A stretch of 64,000 nucleotides of DNA from Bacillota bacterium. GTDB taxonomy: Bacteria; Bacillota; Proteinivoracia; UBA4975. Position numbers and translations under genes: made by a program. A model generated the notes under the pieces. It saw only the letters and a program-made list of their open reading frames with translations. It did not search any database and was not told where the DNA came from. Positions 20,040 to 29,625 of this stretch are shown one piece after another; the first letter of the stretch is position 1, and every line of letters starts with the position of its first letter. Location: NCBI GenBank assembly GCA_012523545.1, contig JAAYIH010000049.1, positions 43,841 to 107,840 of the forward strand, read 5' to 3'.

Positions 20040-20763
20040 AGCTGCACTGGTCCCGCTGACGCTGGCCCTGGCGCTGACGGGGTGCAGTACCGCCACAGTG
20101 GCGCCGGCGTCGAAAAAACTTCCTATTTACTGCGTGGCCCGGGACGACAACAAGCTTGCCATTTCCTTTGACGCGGCGTGGGGAACGGAATATACCGGAG
20201 AGATCCTGGATATCCTCGATGAATACAACATCAAGACGACTTTTTTTGTCGTCCAATTCTGGGTGGAGAAGTATCCCGAAGTTGCCAGGGAAATTATCCG
20301 GCGCGGCCATGAACTGGGCAACCACTCTTCTACTCATCCGGAAATGGGCAATCTTTCCCCCGGCACCATACAAGAAGAAGTTATGGGCGCCCACCGCGCC
20401 ATAAAAGAAGTCACCGGTTATGAGCCCATCCTGTTTCGGCCGCCCTTTGGCCACTATTCCCCGGCCATGCTGGAGGTAATCGAAGGCATGGGGTATTATG
20501 TCATTCAGTGGGACGTGGATTCCCTGGACTGGAAAGAGCGGGGGGTCGACGATGTGGTGGCCAGGGTCACTGCCCAGGCCGGACCGGGGTCCATAATACT
20601 GTTTCACAACAACGCCAAGTACATCACCCAAGCTTTGCCTCTGATTCTTGATGATTTTCGGCGCCGCAATCTGGAAGTGGTTCCCATTTCGCAGCTGATT
20701 TACACAGAAGATTATTACATCGACCACGAGGGCCGGCAACATAAGAAAAGTTCCGGCCCATAG
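19990..20763 (+). CDS. polysaccharide deacetylase (NodB domain) lipoprotein
   Basis: Signal peptide with lipobox LTGC, and NodB motifs ISFDAAWG and HSSTHPEM. RBS GGGGGGAG lies 8 nt upstream of the ATG. Confidence 0.85.
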   Translation: MTRPEFGWKKRWRVLIKAALVPLTLALALTGCSTATVAPASKKLPIYCVARDDNKLAISFDAAWGTEYTGEILDILDEYNIKTTFFVVQFWVEKYPEVAREIIRRGHELGNHSSTHPEMGNLSPGTIQEEVMGAHRAIKEVTGYEPILFRPPFGHYSPAMLEVIEGMGYYVIQWDVDSLDWKERGVDDVVARVTAQAGPGSIILFHNNAKYITQALPLILDDFRRRNLEVVPISQLIYTEDYYIDHEGRQHKKSSGP

Positions 20764-20786
20764 GGCAAACGGGCCGGATGCAGCCT

Positions 20787-20838
20787 GGTGCCCCGTCGCC
20801 GGTTGAGGAGACAACTGGCGCGGGGCACCGCGTTTTTG
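20787..20838 (+). terminator. intrinsic terminator
   Basis: GGTGCCCCG...CGGGGCACC long stem followed by GCGTTTTTG. Confidence 0.75.
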
Positions 20839-20867
20839 TTGCCATAGCTTTGTGCTCATGTTAAAAT
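20839..20867 (+). promoter_or_regulatory. sigma-A-type promoter for rex (TTGCCA-17-TAAAAT)
   Basis: Hexamers and spacing read directly from the sequence. Confidence 0.5.
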
Positions 20868-20900
20868 TTTTACATACCGAACTGTGTGGAGGGATAGTTA

Positions 20901-21524
20901 TTGACGGAAAAAAAGCATCGCATCCCTGATGTCGTTATTCGCAGGCTTCCGGTATATCTCCGGTATTTGCAACAACTGATGAGCTATGATGTGGACACAG
21001 TATCTTCCCAGCAGATGGGCCATGATTTAAATCTTAACCCGGCTCAAATACGCAAGGACTTGTCCATTTTTGGTGATTTTGGCGTTAAGGGAATGGGTTA
21101 CCGGGTTTCCGAGCTGGCCGACAAACTTTCCAAAATCCTCGGGTTGGACAAGGAGATACCCATAGTTCTCGTGGGAGTAGGCAACCTGGGCGCCGCCCTG
21201 TGCAGGTACAACCGATATCAAAAATCTGCCACCAAAATCGTCGGCCTGTTTGACGGACATCCTGCCAAGATTGGTCAGGTGCACGGTTCCCTGGAAGTGC
21301 GGCCCATGGAAGAGTTGGTGGATTTCGTGCGCCAAAACAACATCAAGATGGCAATTATTACAGTTCCTGCCGCTGCCGCTCAATCGGTTTGCGATGCCCT
21401 GGTGGCTGCCGGCGTAAAAGCCATTTTAAATTTTGCCCCGGTACTGCTCAATGTTCCTGAGGGCGTGCGGGTTCAAAATTCAGATGTCACTGTAGAATTA
21501 CAGGCGTTGGCATACTATTTATGA
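20901..21524 (+). CDS. rex: redox-sensing transcriptional repressor Rex
   Basis: Winged-helix N-terminus PDVVIRRLPVYLRYL and an NADH-binding Rossmann fold VLVGVGNLGAAL. TTG start is 6 nt after GGAGGGA. Confidence 0.9.
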   Translation: MTEKKHRIPDVVIRRLPVYLRYLQQLMSYDVDTVSSQQMGHDLNLNPAQIRKDLSIFGDFGVKGMGYRVSELADKLSKILGLDKEIPIVLVGVGNLGAALCRYNRYQKSATKIVGLFDGHPAKIGQVHGSLEVRPMEELVDFVRQNNIKMAIITVPAAAAQSVCDALVAAGVKAILNFAPVLLNVPEGVRVQNSDVTVELQALAYYL

Positions 21525-21615
21525 GACTTTATCTTTGTGCGCAAAGCAGGATTTCACTGCTCGGCAGAGAAGTTTTATTGTGTACCTTTTCAGGATCTAA
21601 TTGAGGAGGATTGTG

Positions 21616-23031
21616 GTGGTACCTTACAGGCGTGAGCGGGACCTTCTCGGTGACCGGGAGGTTCCCCAAAATGTGTACTACGGCATTCAAACCGCCAGGG
21701 CGTTGGAGAATTTTCCCATAACCGGGTACAAGCCCCACAGGGAATTGATTATGGCCCTGGTTCAGGTGAAGAAGGCGGCAGCCCAGGCCAACATGAAGAC
21801 CAAGCGGCTCAATCCCACTACCGGCAATGCCATCGTCGCCGCCTGTGACGAAATCCTGAGCGGCGAATTGCTTGACCAGTTCGTCGTCGATGTCATTCAG
21901 GGGGGCGCCGGCACTTCACTGAACATGAATGCCAACGAAGTCATTGCCAACCGCGCCATCGAGCTCTTGGGAGGCAACAAGGGCGATTATATTCTCGTTT
22001 CGCCCAACACCCACGTCAATATGGCTCAATCTACCAATGATGTCTTTCCCACTGCAATTAAAATTGCTTCCCTCAACCTGGCCAGCTCCTTGCTTGATGC
22101 CCTGCAGAAATTGGTACAAGCCCTGCGTGCAAAGGAACAGGAGTTTGACGGCATCATTAAGATGGGGCGCACCCATCTCCAGGATGCCGTTCCCATTCGC
22201 TTGGGCCAGGAATTTGGCGCCTGGGCGTGCGCCATTGAAAGGGACATCCAGCGCATCGAAGCCGCAGCCCAGGGCATGAGGGTCATCAGCATGGGGGCAA
22301 CGGCGGTGGGAACCGGCCTCAACGCCGACGTGGAGTATATAAAACACGTTACTGAGATATTGGCCGCCAACACCGGATTGCCTTTGGAGCAGTCGAAAAA
22401 CATGGTTGATTCCACGCAAAATGCCGACGTCTACGTAACTTTGTCGGGAGCATTGAAAATCTGCGCGGTTAACCTGTCCAAGATGGCCAATGACTTGCGC
22501 CTCATGGCTTCGGGACCAAGGTGCGGCCTGAACGAAATCAACCTGCCCGCCATGCAGCCCGGTTCTTCCATTATGCCGGGCAAGGTCAACCCGGTCATGG
22601 CCGAAGTGGTCAACCAGGTGGCCTTCCAGGTAGTCGGCAACGACATGACCATTACCATGGCGGCAGAAGCCGGCCAGCTGGAGCTCAACGTCATGGAACC
22701 GGTGATGACTTTCAACCTGCTGCAGTCCCTGGATATTGTGCGCAATGTCGTCACGGTATTCACCGAAAAATGTGTCAAGGGCATTACCGCCAATGTCCAG
22801 CGCTGCCGGCAAATGGTGGAACAGAGCGTCGGCATTATAACTGCCATCAATCCCCATGTGGGTTATGAAACTGCCACCCTCATTGCCAAGGAGGCCATTA
22901 CCACCGGCCGTCCTGTGCGGGAGATCGTCCTGGAGCGGGGCATTCTCACCGAAGAGGAACTGGACATCATTCTCAATCCGCAGGAAATGACCAAACCCGG
23001 CATCGCCGGCGCCGAACTGCTTAACAAATAG
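21616..23031 (+). CDS. aspA: aspartate ammonia-lyase
   Basis: Fumarase/aspartase signature GSSIMPGKVNP. VDVIQGGAGTSLNMN matches aspartase rather than fumarase (which reads WQTGSGTQSNMN). GTG start follows GAGGAGG. Confidence 0.85.
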   Translation: MVPYRRERDLLGDREVPQNVYYGIQTARALENFPITGYKPHRELIMALVQVKKAAAQANMKTKRLNPTTGNAIVAACDEILSGELLDQFVVDVIQGGAGTSLNMNANEVIANRAIELLGGNKGDYILVSPNTHVNMAQSTNDVFPTAIKIASLNLASSLLDALQKLVQALRAKEQEFDGIIKMGRTHLQDAVPIRLGQEFGAWACAIERDIQRIEAAAQGMRVISMGATAVGTGLNADVEYIKHVTEILAANTGLPLEQSKNMVDSTQNADVYVTLSGALKICAVNLSKMANDLRLMASGPRCGLNEINLPAMQPGSSIMPGKVNPVMAEVVNQVAFQVVGNDMTITMAAEAGQLELNVMEPVMTFNLLQSLDIVRNVVTVFTEKCVKGITANVQRCRQMVEQSVGIITAINPHVGYETATLIAKEAITTGRPVREIVLERGILTEEELDIILNPQEMTKPGIAGAELLNK

Positions 23032-23103
23032 ATTTGCTGGAAATCTGCATCGTTTTCTTTTAAACTGGACAGTGTACGTAATAATTCCAAAGGGGTGATT
23101 TTC

Positions 23104-24384
23104 TTGAAGACAACCTTTCCTGGCGGCATTCATCCTCCATACAACAAAGAATTAACCGCCTCCAAAGCCATTGTGGAAATGCCCCTGCCCAAACGCGTGC
23201 GCCTTTTGTTACAGCAACACATTGGGGCGCCGTGCAAGCCCTTGGTGAAGAAGGGCGATGTGGTGACGGTGGGGCAAAAAATTGCCGACAGTGATGCATT
23301 TGTGTCGGCGCCGATTATCGCCAGCGTCGGCGGGGAAGTGGCCGCCGTGGATGCCGAGGGGATTGAAATCGTCACCGACCCCGAGCATTCCCGGTTTACC
23401 GGCCAGGCGCCTAAGTATGACACGCCCGAAGACATACGGCAAATCATCCGCGAAGCCGGAATCGTCGGGATGGGGGGAGCGGCTTTCCCTACCCATGTCA
23501 AGCTCAGCCCGCCTGAAGGCAAGGAAGTGCACACCCTGATTATTAATGGGGCTGAATGTGAACCTTATCTCAGCACCGACCACAGGGTTATGGTGGAACA
23601 GGGCGAAGAACTCATCGAAGGTATTAAGATTTTGCTCCGGGCCTGCGGGGCTCAAAAGGCCATTATCGGCATTGAAAAAAATAAGCCCGACGCCATTGAA
23701 AACCTGAGCCGCCTGTGCCGGGATGAGGAAAACATCCGGGTGGAGGCCGTCCCGGTGGTTTATCCCCAGGGCGGAGAGCGCCAGCTCATCAAGTCCTTGA
23801 CGGGCAGAGAAGTGCCGGTGGGCGGGTTGCCCCTGGATTTGGGCATCGTGGTGCAAAACGTGGCTACGGCGGTGGCTGTCCATCAGGCTGTAAACCTGGG
23901 GCGTCCCCTCATCGACCGGGTGGTTACCGTTTCCGGCCGGGGCGTCGCCGAGCCTGCCAACGTGCGCGTGCGGCTGGGAACTCCCATCAGGGACCTTATC
24001 GAATTTTGCGGCGGCATGCGGGATGATGCCGTTAAAGTGGTCAACGGCGGCCCCATGATGGGCAAGGCGGTGGCCAGTCTGGATGATCCTGTGACCAAGG
24101 GCACATCGGGAATTTTGGTGCTTACTGAAGCGGAAGTGCGCATCTATGAAGAGCGGACATGCATACGCTGCGCCCGGTGCGTTGACGCCTGCCCCATGCG
24201 GCTGATGCCCAATTACCTGGCTCTGTATTCCCGCAAGTCGATGTACAATGATGCCGAACAGATTCATTTGTTCAACTGTATTGAATGCGGCTGTTGTTCA
24301 TTTGTCTGTCCGGCCAGAATTCCCATTGTCCACTACATCCAAAAGGCGAAACATGAAATCAACAGTAAGCGGCGCAAGAAATAA
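23104..24384 (+). CDS. rnfC: Rnf electron transport complex subunit C
   Basis: N-terminal FPGGIHPPYNK and two 4Fe-4S motifs, CIRCARCVDACP and CIECGCCSFVCP. TTG start is about 8 nt after AGGGGTGA. Confidence 0.9.
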   Translation: MKTTFPGGIHPPYNKELTASKAIVEMPLPKRVRLLLQQHIGAPCKPLVKKGDVVTVGQKIADSDAFVSAPIIASVGGEVAAVDAEGIEIVTDPEHSRFTGQAPKYDTPEDIRQIIREAGIVGMGGAAFPTHVKLSPPEGKEVHTLIINGAECEPYLSTDHRVMVEQGEELIEGIKILLRACGAQKAIIGIEKNKPDAIENLSRLCRDEENIRVEAVPVVYPQGGERQLIKSLTGREVPVGGLPLDLGIVVQNVATAVAVHQAVNLGRPLIDRVVTVSGRGVAEPANVRVRLGTPIRDLIEFCGGMRDDAVKVVNGGPMMGKAVASLDDPVTKGTSGILVLTEAEVRIYEERTCIRCARCVDACPMRLMPNYLALYSRKSMYNDAEQIHLFNCIECGCCSFVCPARIPIVHYIQKAKHEINSKRRKK

Positions 24385-24412
24385 AGCAGCGGGCTAAAAG
24401 GAGGGGTATGAT

Positions 24413-25351
24413 ATGACCGAAAAATTAAAAGTAGGACCTTCGCCGCACATTCTGGATTCCCGTTCGGTAAGCAGTATAATGTGGGACGTCGTGATCGCCC
24501 TGATTCCCGTTACCGCGGCGGCTATAATCTATTTCGGCCTCAATGCAGTTTTTATTTTGTTGGTCTCGACGTTGTCCGCCATGATCTTTGAATCCCTGGT
24601 GGTGCACAAAAGCCTTAAACCCAAAAAGGTGTTGGGAGACGGCAGCGCAGCTGTTACAGGACTTTTGCTGGGGTTGATTCTGCCGCCTTCGGCGCCGTTG
24701 TGGATGGCGGTGGTGGGCAGCGGTGTTGCCATCCTCCTGGCCAAGCAGGCCTTTGGGGGTATCGGCAACAACATCTTCAACCCCGCTTTGGTAGGCCGCG
24801 CCGTCTTGTTTATGTCCTGGCCGGTGTTGATGACCCGGTGGCACCAGCCCCTGGCCCTGGACAACTGGTTCGCCGACCTGGTCAGCGGCGCAACGCCCCT
24901 GGGCGCAGGGAGCGCAAGCCTTATTGACCTGGTGCTGGGCAATGTCGGTGGTTCCTTGGGCGAGACCTCGGTGGTTGCCATCCTGTTGGGCGGAATATAC
25001 CTTTTGCTCAAGGGGCACATCGACTGGCGTATCCCCGGCGGTTACATCGGCACTGCAGCAATCATTGCTTTGCTAACCAATCAGTTTTCGCTGGAAGCCG
25101 TGGCATTTCATATCTGCGCCGGCGGGTTGCTCTTTGGCGCTGTCTTTATGGCCACCGATATGGTTACGTCTCCCACCACCAAAGTGGGCCGCCTGCTCTT
25201 CGGAATCGGCTGCGGGCTGGTCACCATGTATGTGCGCGTGTTTGCCAGCGCTCCCGAGGGCGTAACCTATGCCATTTTGTTTATGAACGCGCTGGTTCCC
25301 TTAATTGACCGCTATACAGTGCCCAAAACCTTTGGGGAGGTGAAAAAATAA
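24413..25351 (+). CDS. rnfD: Rnf complex subunit D
   Basis: NqrB/RnfD-type polytopic membrane protein in rnfCDGEAB order. Confidence 0.9.
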   Translation: MTEKLKVGPSPHILDSRSVSSIMWDVVIALIPVTAAAIIYFGLNAVFILLVSTLSAMIFESLVVHKSLKPKKVLGDGSAAVTGLLLGLILPPSAPLWMAVVGSGVAILLAKQAFGGIGNNIFNPALVGRAVLFMSWPVLMTRWHQPLALDNWFADLVSGATPLGAGSASLIDLVLGNVGGSLGETSVVAILLGGIYLLLKGHIDWRIPGGYIGTAAIIALLTNQFSLEAVAFHICAGGLLFGAVFMATDMVTSPTTKVGRLLFGIGCGLVTMYVRVFASAPEGVTYAILFMNALVPLIDRYTVPKTFGEVKK

Positions 25352-27030
25352 TGAACTCATCCCTCAAGATGGTGGTGGTCCTCGGGCTTATCGCTTTTAT
25401 TTCGGCCGGATTGCTGGCCGGAGTAAACTATTGGACTGCACCCATTATTGAAGAAAATGCTCAGGCGCGCCTCAACGCAACCTTTTCCCGGGTAATTGAC
25501 GCCGATGAGTTTGTCGAGCCCGAGGAAGAGACTGAATTCTTCCTGCGCATAGCCAAAAAGGGCGGCGCAGTGGTGGGGTACGTGGTCAGGCTCACCGGCC
25601 AGGGGTACAGTTCCGCCGGTATCGACATCCTGGTGGGTTTAAACACCGAAGCGGAAGTCCAGGGGGTATATATTTTCAGCCATTCCGAGACCCCGGGTTT
25701 GGGCGACCGCATTACCGACCCGGCCTGGCTGAGCCAGTTTAAGGGCAAGGGAATCGACGACCCCATTGCTTCCGGTACAGACGTGGACGCGATTTCGGGA
25801 GCGACTTCATCATCGACGGCAGTCATCGGCAGCGTGCGCCGCGCCGTTCAGTTCGTGGGCGGATATCTGGGCCTCATTGAAGAGACAGAAATCGATTTTG
25901 CCCAGATTCCCGACGGCACTTACACCGGCACCGGGCGCGGCTTTGGCGGCGACGTGACGGTAGAAGTCACCTTTGCCAACGGCGAGCTCACCAAGGTCGT
26001 CATCGTCAGCCACAACGAAACCGCCGGTGTCTCCGACCCGGCCATAGAGGCCATTCCCAAAGCCATGGTGGCGGAGCAGAAAATTCAGGTGGATACAGTT
26101 TCCGGCGCCACCATGACCTCTGAGGCGATTATCGCCGCTGTCAAGGATGCCCTCAAGGAATTTGGCGGCGCAGGTCCTGCTGAGCCCATTGACATCGGCT
26201 CCCTGCTGCCCGGCACGTACACCGGATCGGCCAAGGGCCTGAAAGACGACATCACTGTGGAAGTGACTGTTTCCGGCGGCAGGATTACCAAAATCGTGGT
26301 TCTCAGCCACGACGATACTCCCGAATATGCCGAACCGGCCTTTGCATTTATGATTGACCAAATCATCGAGACCCAGGATTTGGAGGAGGTAGACTTCTAC
26401 AGCGGCGCTACTTTCTCCAGTGAAGGCCTGCTCAATGCCGTTAAGAACGCCCTCCGTTCCCAGGTCAAACTGGATATCTCCGGCTTGCCCGACGGCGTCT
26501 ATGTGGGCGAGGGAGAAGGTTTTCACGGCATTACCCGGGTCAGCTTCAGAATGGTTTCCGGGGAATTGAAGGATTTGGAAGTTCTGGAACACAACGATAC
26601 CCCCGAGTACGCCAACAAGGCCTTTGCAACTTTGATCCCCGCCATTACCGAGGCCCAGAGTCTGGAGGTCGACCTGGCCAGCGGAGCCACTTTCTCTTCC
26701 CAGGGCCTGCTGGACGCCATTATGGATGCCATTAAGAAGGGGCCTGTCCTGGATGTTTCCCAGGTTCCCGACGGAGTATACTCCGGCACCGGGGAAGGCC
26801 TTTTCGGCGGGCTCCAGGTGGAGGTCACCGTCAGCGGCGGCAAAATTACAGATATTGTCGTTGTCGACCACCAGGATACGCCGGAATACGCCAGCCTGGC
26901 TATCGACGGTATTACCAAGGCGATTCTGGACACCCAGTCCCTGGACGTCGACGTGGTATCCGGCGCAACAGGGACCAGCAGGGGCCTGTTGGAAGCCATT
27001 GAAGCAGCGCTCAAGAGCGCTGTGCAGTAG
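25351..27030 (+). CDS. rnfG: Rnf complex subunit G with four additional tandem FMN-binding domains
   Basis: Residues 1-175 form a canonical RnfG with flavinylation motif SGATSSS. Residues ~185-556 are four ~90-aa repeats (DG.Y.G.G.G...V.V.......SGAT.[TS]S), each a further FMN_bind domain. Confidence 0.9.
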   Translation: MNSSLKMVVVLGLIAFISAGLLAGVNYWTAPIIEENAQARLNATFSRVIDADEFVEPEEETEFFLRIAKKGGAVVGYVVRLTGQGYSSAGIDILVGLNTEAEVQGVYIFSHSETPGLGDRITDPAWLSQFKGKGIDDPIASGTDVDAISGATSSSTAVIGSVRRAVQFVGGYLGLIEETEIDFAQIPDGTYTGTGRGFGGDVTVEVTFANGELTKVVIVSHNETAGVSDPAIEAIPKAMVAEQKIQVDTVSGATMTSEAIIAAVKDALKEFGGAGPAEPIDIGSLLPGTYTGSAKGLKDDITVEVTVSGGRITKIVVLSHDDTPEYAEPAFAFMIDQIIETQDLEEVDFYSGATFSSEGLLNAVKNALRSQVKLDISGLPDGVYVGEGEGFHGITRVSFRMVSGELKDLEVLEHNDTPEYANKAFATLIPAITEAQSLEVDLASGATFSSQGLLDAIMDAIKKGPVLDVSQVPDGVYSGTGEGLFGGLQVEVTVSGGKITDIVVVDHQDTPEYASLAIDGITKAILDTQSLDVDVVSGATGTSRGLLEAIEAALKSAVQ

Positions 27031-27042
27031 GAGGTGGCAGCA

Positions 27043-27684
27043 ATGTCAATACTGCAAGAACTCAAACGCGGAATTTTTGCCGAAAACCCGACATTCAGGC
27101 TGATGTTGGGGATGTGCCCCACCCTGGCTGTGACCACCCTGGCCGTCAACGGCGTGGGCATGGGCCTGGCTACCACTGCAGTGCTGTTGGGCTCCAACCT
27201 GGTTGTCTCAGCCCTGAAAAACGTCATACCCAACCAGGTGCGCATTCCCAGTTTCATCGTAATCATCGCCACATTTGTCACCGTGGTTTCCCTGTTGCTG
27301 GAAGCTTTTGCCTATTCGCTCTATGAAGCTTTGGGCATTTTTCTGCCCCTCATCGTGGTCAACTGTATTATCCTGGGCCGGGCCGAAGCTTATGCCTCCA
27401 AGCACTCATTGGGCAAATCGGCACTGGACGCCCTGGGCATTGGCCTGGGCTTTACCCTCAGCCTTACCGTGCTGGGCGCCATCCGGGAATTCCTGGGTGC
27501 CGGCACCGTCTTTGGCCTGCAGGTGCTGAGCGAAAGTGCTGATATGGCGACAATTTTTTCCCTGCCTCCCGGCGCCTTTATAACCCTTGGGCTGATGATG
27601 GCTCTCATAAACGGCCTTACTGCCCGGCGCGGCAAGCGCTCTGTCGCCCGCAGGAACCCGGCAGTGGCCAAGAGGGAGGGTTAA
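27043..27684 (+). CDS. rnfE: Rnf complex subunit E
   Basis: NqrD/RnfE family. ATG is 7 nt after GGAGGTG. Confidence 0.9.
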   Translation: MSILQELKRGIFAENPTFRLMLGMCPTLAVTTLAVNGVGMGLATTAVLLGSNLVVSALKNVIPNQVRIPSFIVIIATFVTVVSLLLEAFAYSLYEALGIFLPLIVVNCIILGRAEAYASKHSLGKSALDALGIGLGFTLSLTVLGAIREFLGAGTVFGLQVLSESADMATIFSLPPGAFITLGLMMALINGLTARRGKRSVARRNPAVAKREG

Positions 27685-27691
27685 GCAAGCG

Positions 27692-28258
27692 ATGGAACTG
27701 TTTATGATCTTCTTTGGCGCAATTTTCTTCAACAACTTTGTCCTCAACAGGTTCCTGGGCATCTGCCCCTTCCTGGGCGTGTCCAAGCGCATTGAAACTT
27801 CGGTTGGCATGGGCATGGCTGTTGCCTTCGTCATGACCCTGGCATCGGTCATGACCTGGTTGCTCCAGGGCCTGCTCCTCAACCCGCTGGGACTGGGTTA
27901 CCTGCAGACCATTGTTTTCATCCTGGTCATCGCGGCCCTGGTCCAGTTTGTGGAGATGTTCATGCAGAAGGTCAGCCCCACATTGCACAAAGCCCTGGGC
28001 GTGTATCTGCCCCTGATTACCACCAACTGCGCCATCCTGGGGATTGCCATCCTCAACATCGACTATAAGTACAACCTGGTGGAGACCATTGTGCATTCCC
28101 TGGGCGCCGCCATCGGCTTTACGCTGGCCCTGGTCATGCTGGCCGGAATCCGCGAAAAACTTGAAATCAACGATGTTCCAGATGCCTTTGCCGGTGTTCC
28201 CATCGCCCTCATCACCGCTGGGATCCTGGCCCTGGCTTTCTCTGGCTTCGTCCTTTAG
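27692..28258 (+). CDS. rnfA: Rnf complex subunit A
   Basis: NqrE/RnfA family membrane protein. Confidence 0.9.
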   Translation: MELFMIFFGAIFFNNFVLNRFLGICPFLGVSKRIETSVGMGMAVAFVMTLASVMTWLLQGLLLNPLGLGYLQTIVFILVIAALVQFVEMFMQKVSPTLHKALGVYLPLITTNCAILGIAILNIDYKYNLVETIVHSLGAAIGFTLALVMLAGIREKLEINDVPDAFAGVPIALITAGILALAFSGFVL

Positions 28259-28269
28259 GGGTGGATAAG

Positions 28270-29073
28270 ATGGAATTTCTTGTGGAAATAATCAAACCGG
28301 TCCTGAGCTTGACGGTCCTGGCCGTGGTGTTTGGCGGCATCCTGGCCTGGGCGGACAAAGTTTTCGCCGTCAAGAAGGACCCCCGGGTCGATGAAATCAT
28401 CGAGGTTCTGCCCGGGGCCAACTGCGGCGCCTGCGGGTATGCCGGCTGCGCCGCCTTCGCCGAAGCCGTTGCCAAAGGCGAGGCCCCAGTCAACGGTTGT
28501 CCCGTGGGCAGGCAGAAGGTTGCCGACGAAATCGCCAAAATCATGGGCGTTTCCGCCGCCTGCGACGACGAGTGTCTCAAAGCGCGCCTGGTTTGCCAGG
28601 GCAGCGACGATGTCGCCAAGACAAAGATGATCTACCACGGCATCGATGACTGCCGGGCGGCAGTGTTGCTGCACGGCGGCGACAAAACCTGTCCCTACGG
28701 TTGCCTGGGCCTCGGCACCTGCGTACGGGTATGTCCTTTTGACGCAATTTCCATGGGCGACAACGGCCTGCCCGTCATCGACGCCGGGTTGTGCACCGGG
28801 TGCAACAAATGCCGGGACGCCTGTCCCAAGGGAGTAATCCGGATGGTGCCTGAGGGTTCGGCCGTGCTGGTGGCGTGCAACTCCCACGACAAGGGAGCGG
28901 CAGTGGTTAAGGCGTGCAAGGTCGGTTGCATTGCCTGCGGCAAATGCGTTAAGGTTTGTCCCGAAGACGCCATCGCCCTGGTCGACAACCTGGCGGTTAT
29001 AGACCCCGCCAAGTGCACCAATTGCGGTGCCTGCGTCGAAGCCTGTCCTACCAAGGCCATAATTCGTTTGTAA
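28270..29073 (+). CDS. rnfB: Rnf complex subunit B (polyferredoxin)
   Basis: N-terminal TM helix, CGACGYAGC cluster, and several CxxCxxCxxxCP 4Fe-4S motifs. Confidence 0.9.
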   Translation: MEFLVEIIKPVLSLTVLAVVFGGILAWADKVFAVKKDPRVDEIIEVLPGANCGACGYAGCAAFAEAVAKGEAPVNGCPVGRQKVADEIAKIMGVSAACDDECLKARLVCQGSDDVAKTKMIYHGIDDCRAAVLLHGGDKTCPYGCLGLGTCVRVCPFDAISMGDNGLPVIDAGLCTGCNKCRDACPKGVIRMVPEGSAVLVACNSHDKGAAVVKACKVGCIACGKCVKVCPEDAIALVDNLAVIDPAKCTNCGACVEACPTKAIIRL

Positions 29074-29075
29074 AC

Positions 29076-29108
29076 GGGGCAGTGCCTGTCACACACAGGC
29101 ACTACCCC
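29076..29108 (+). other. 14-bp stem/5-nt loop RNA hairpin between rnfB and mrpE, without a canonical U tract
   Basis: GGGGCAGTGCCTGT-cacac-ACAGGCACTACCCC with one mismatch, followed by GTCCTATATTC. Confidence 0.6.
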
Positions 29109-29139
29109 GTCCTATATTCAAGCAAAGGAGAAGGCTTGA

Positions 29140-29625
29140 ATGAACGTCCTGGCGCTGTTTGTCCTTATCCTTTCGGTTTTTTGGCTGGTCATTGCCGGTT
29201 TTTCGCTCCAGAGCGCAGCGGTGGGGCTAATGACAATACTGTTTGTGGTTTGGTGGAACCGGGACCTTTTGCGCACGCTGATCCGGGGCAAAGTGTCGCT
29301 GCCCGGCAAAAAGATGCTGATTTTGGCTGGCTATTTTTTCAGTCTCCTCTGGCAGATTGTGCTGGCCAACATCCAGGTGGCCAGGATCCTCCTCAGCCGG
29401 AAAATGCCCCTGCAACCTGTGGTTGTGACCTTTAACCCCGGTCTTTCCAGCGACCTGAGCAAGACGGTGCTGGCCAATTCCATTACCCTCACCCCCGGCA
29501 CCCTGACTCTGGCTGTGGAGGGCGATGAATTCACCGTTCATACCCTGACCCTTTCCGCTGCCCAGGATGTGGTGGACTGGCCGCTGATCAACCTGTTGCG
29601 CCGCCTGGAGGGGGAAAGAGAATGA
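29140..29625 (+). CDS. mnhE: Na+/H+ antiporter subunit E (MrpE/MnhE; MbhA-like)
   Basis: MnhE family. ATG is 6 nt after AAAGGAGAAGG. Confidence 0.85.
   Translation: MNVLALFVLILSVFWLVIAGFSLQSAAVGLMTILFVVWWNRDLLRTLIRGKVSLPGKKMLILAGYFFSLLWQIVLANIQVARILLSRKMPLQPVVVTFNPGLSSDLSKTVLANSITLTPGTLTLAVEGDEFTVHTLTLSAAQDVVDWPLINLLRRLEGERE

Noticed and set aside
25903-27018. Four ~270-bp direct repeats considered as a CRISPR array or other repeat element
   Set aside because: The repeats are in-frame protein-domain duplications within rnfG, each encoding an FMN-binding domain, not short direct repeats with spacers. No cas genes are present.
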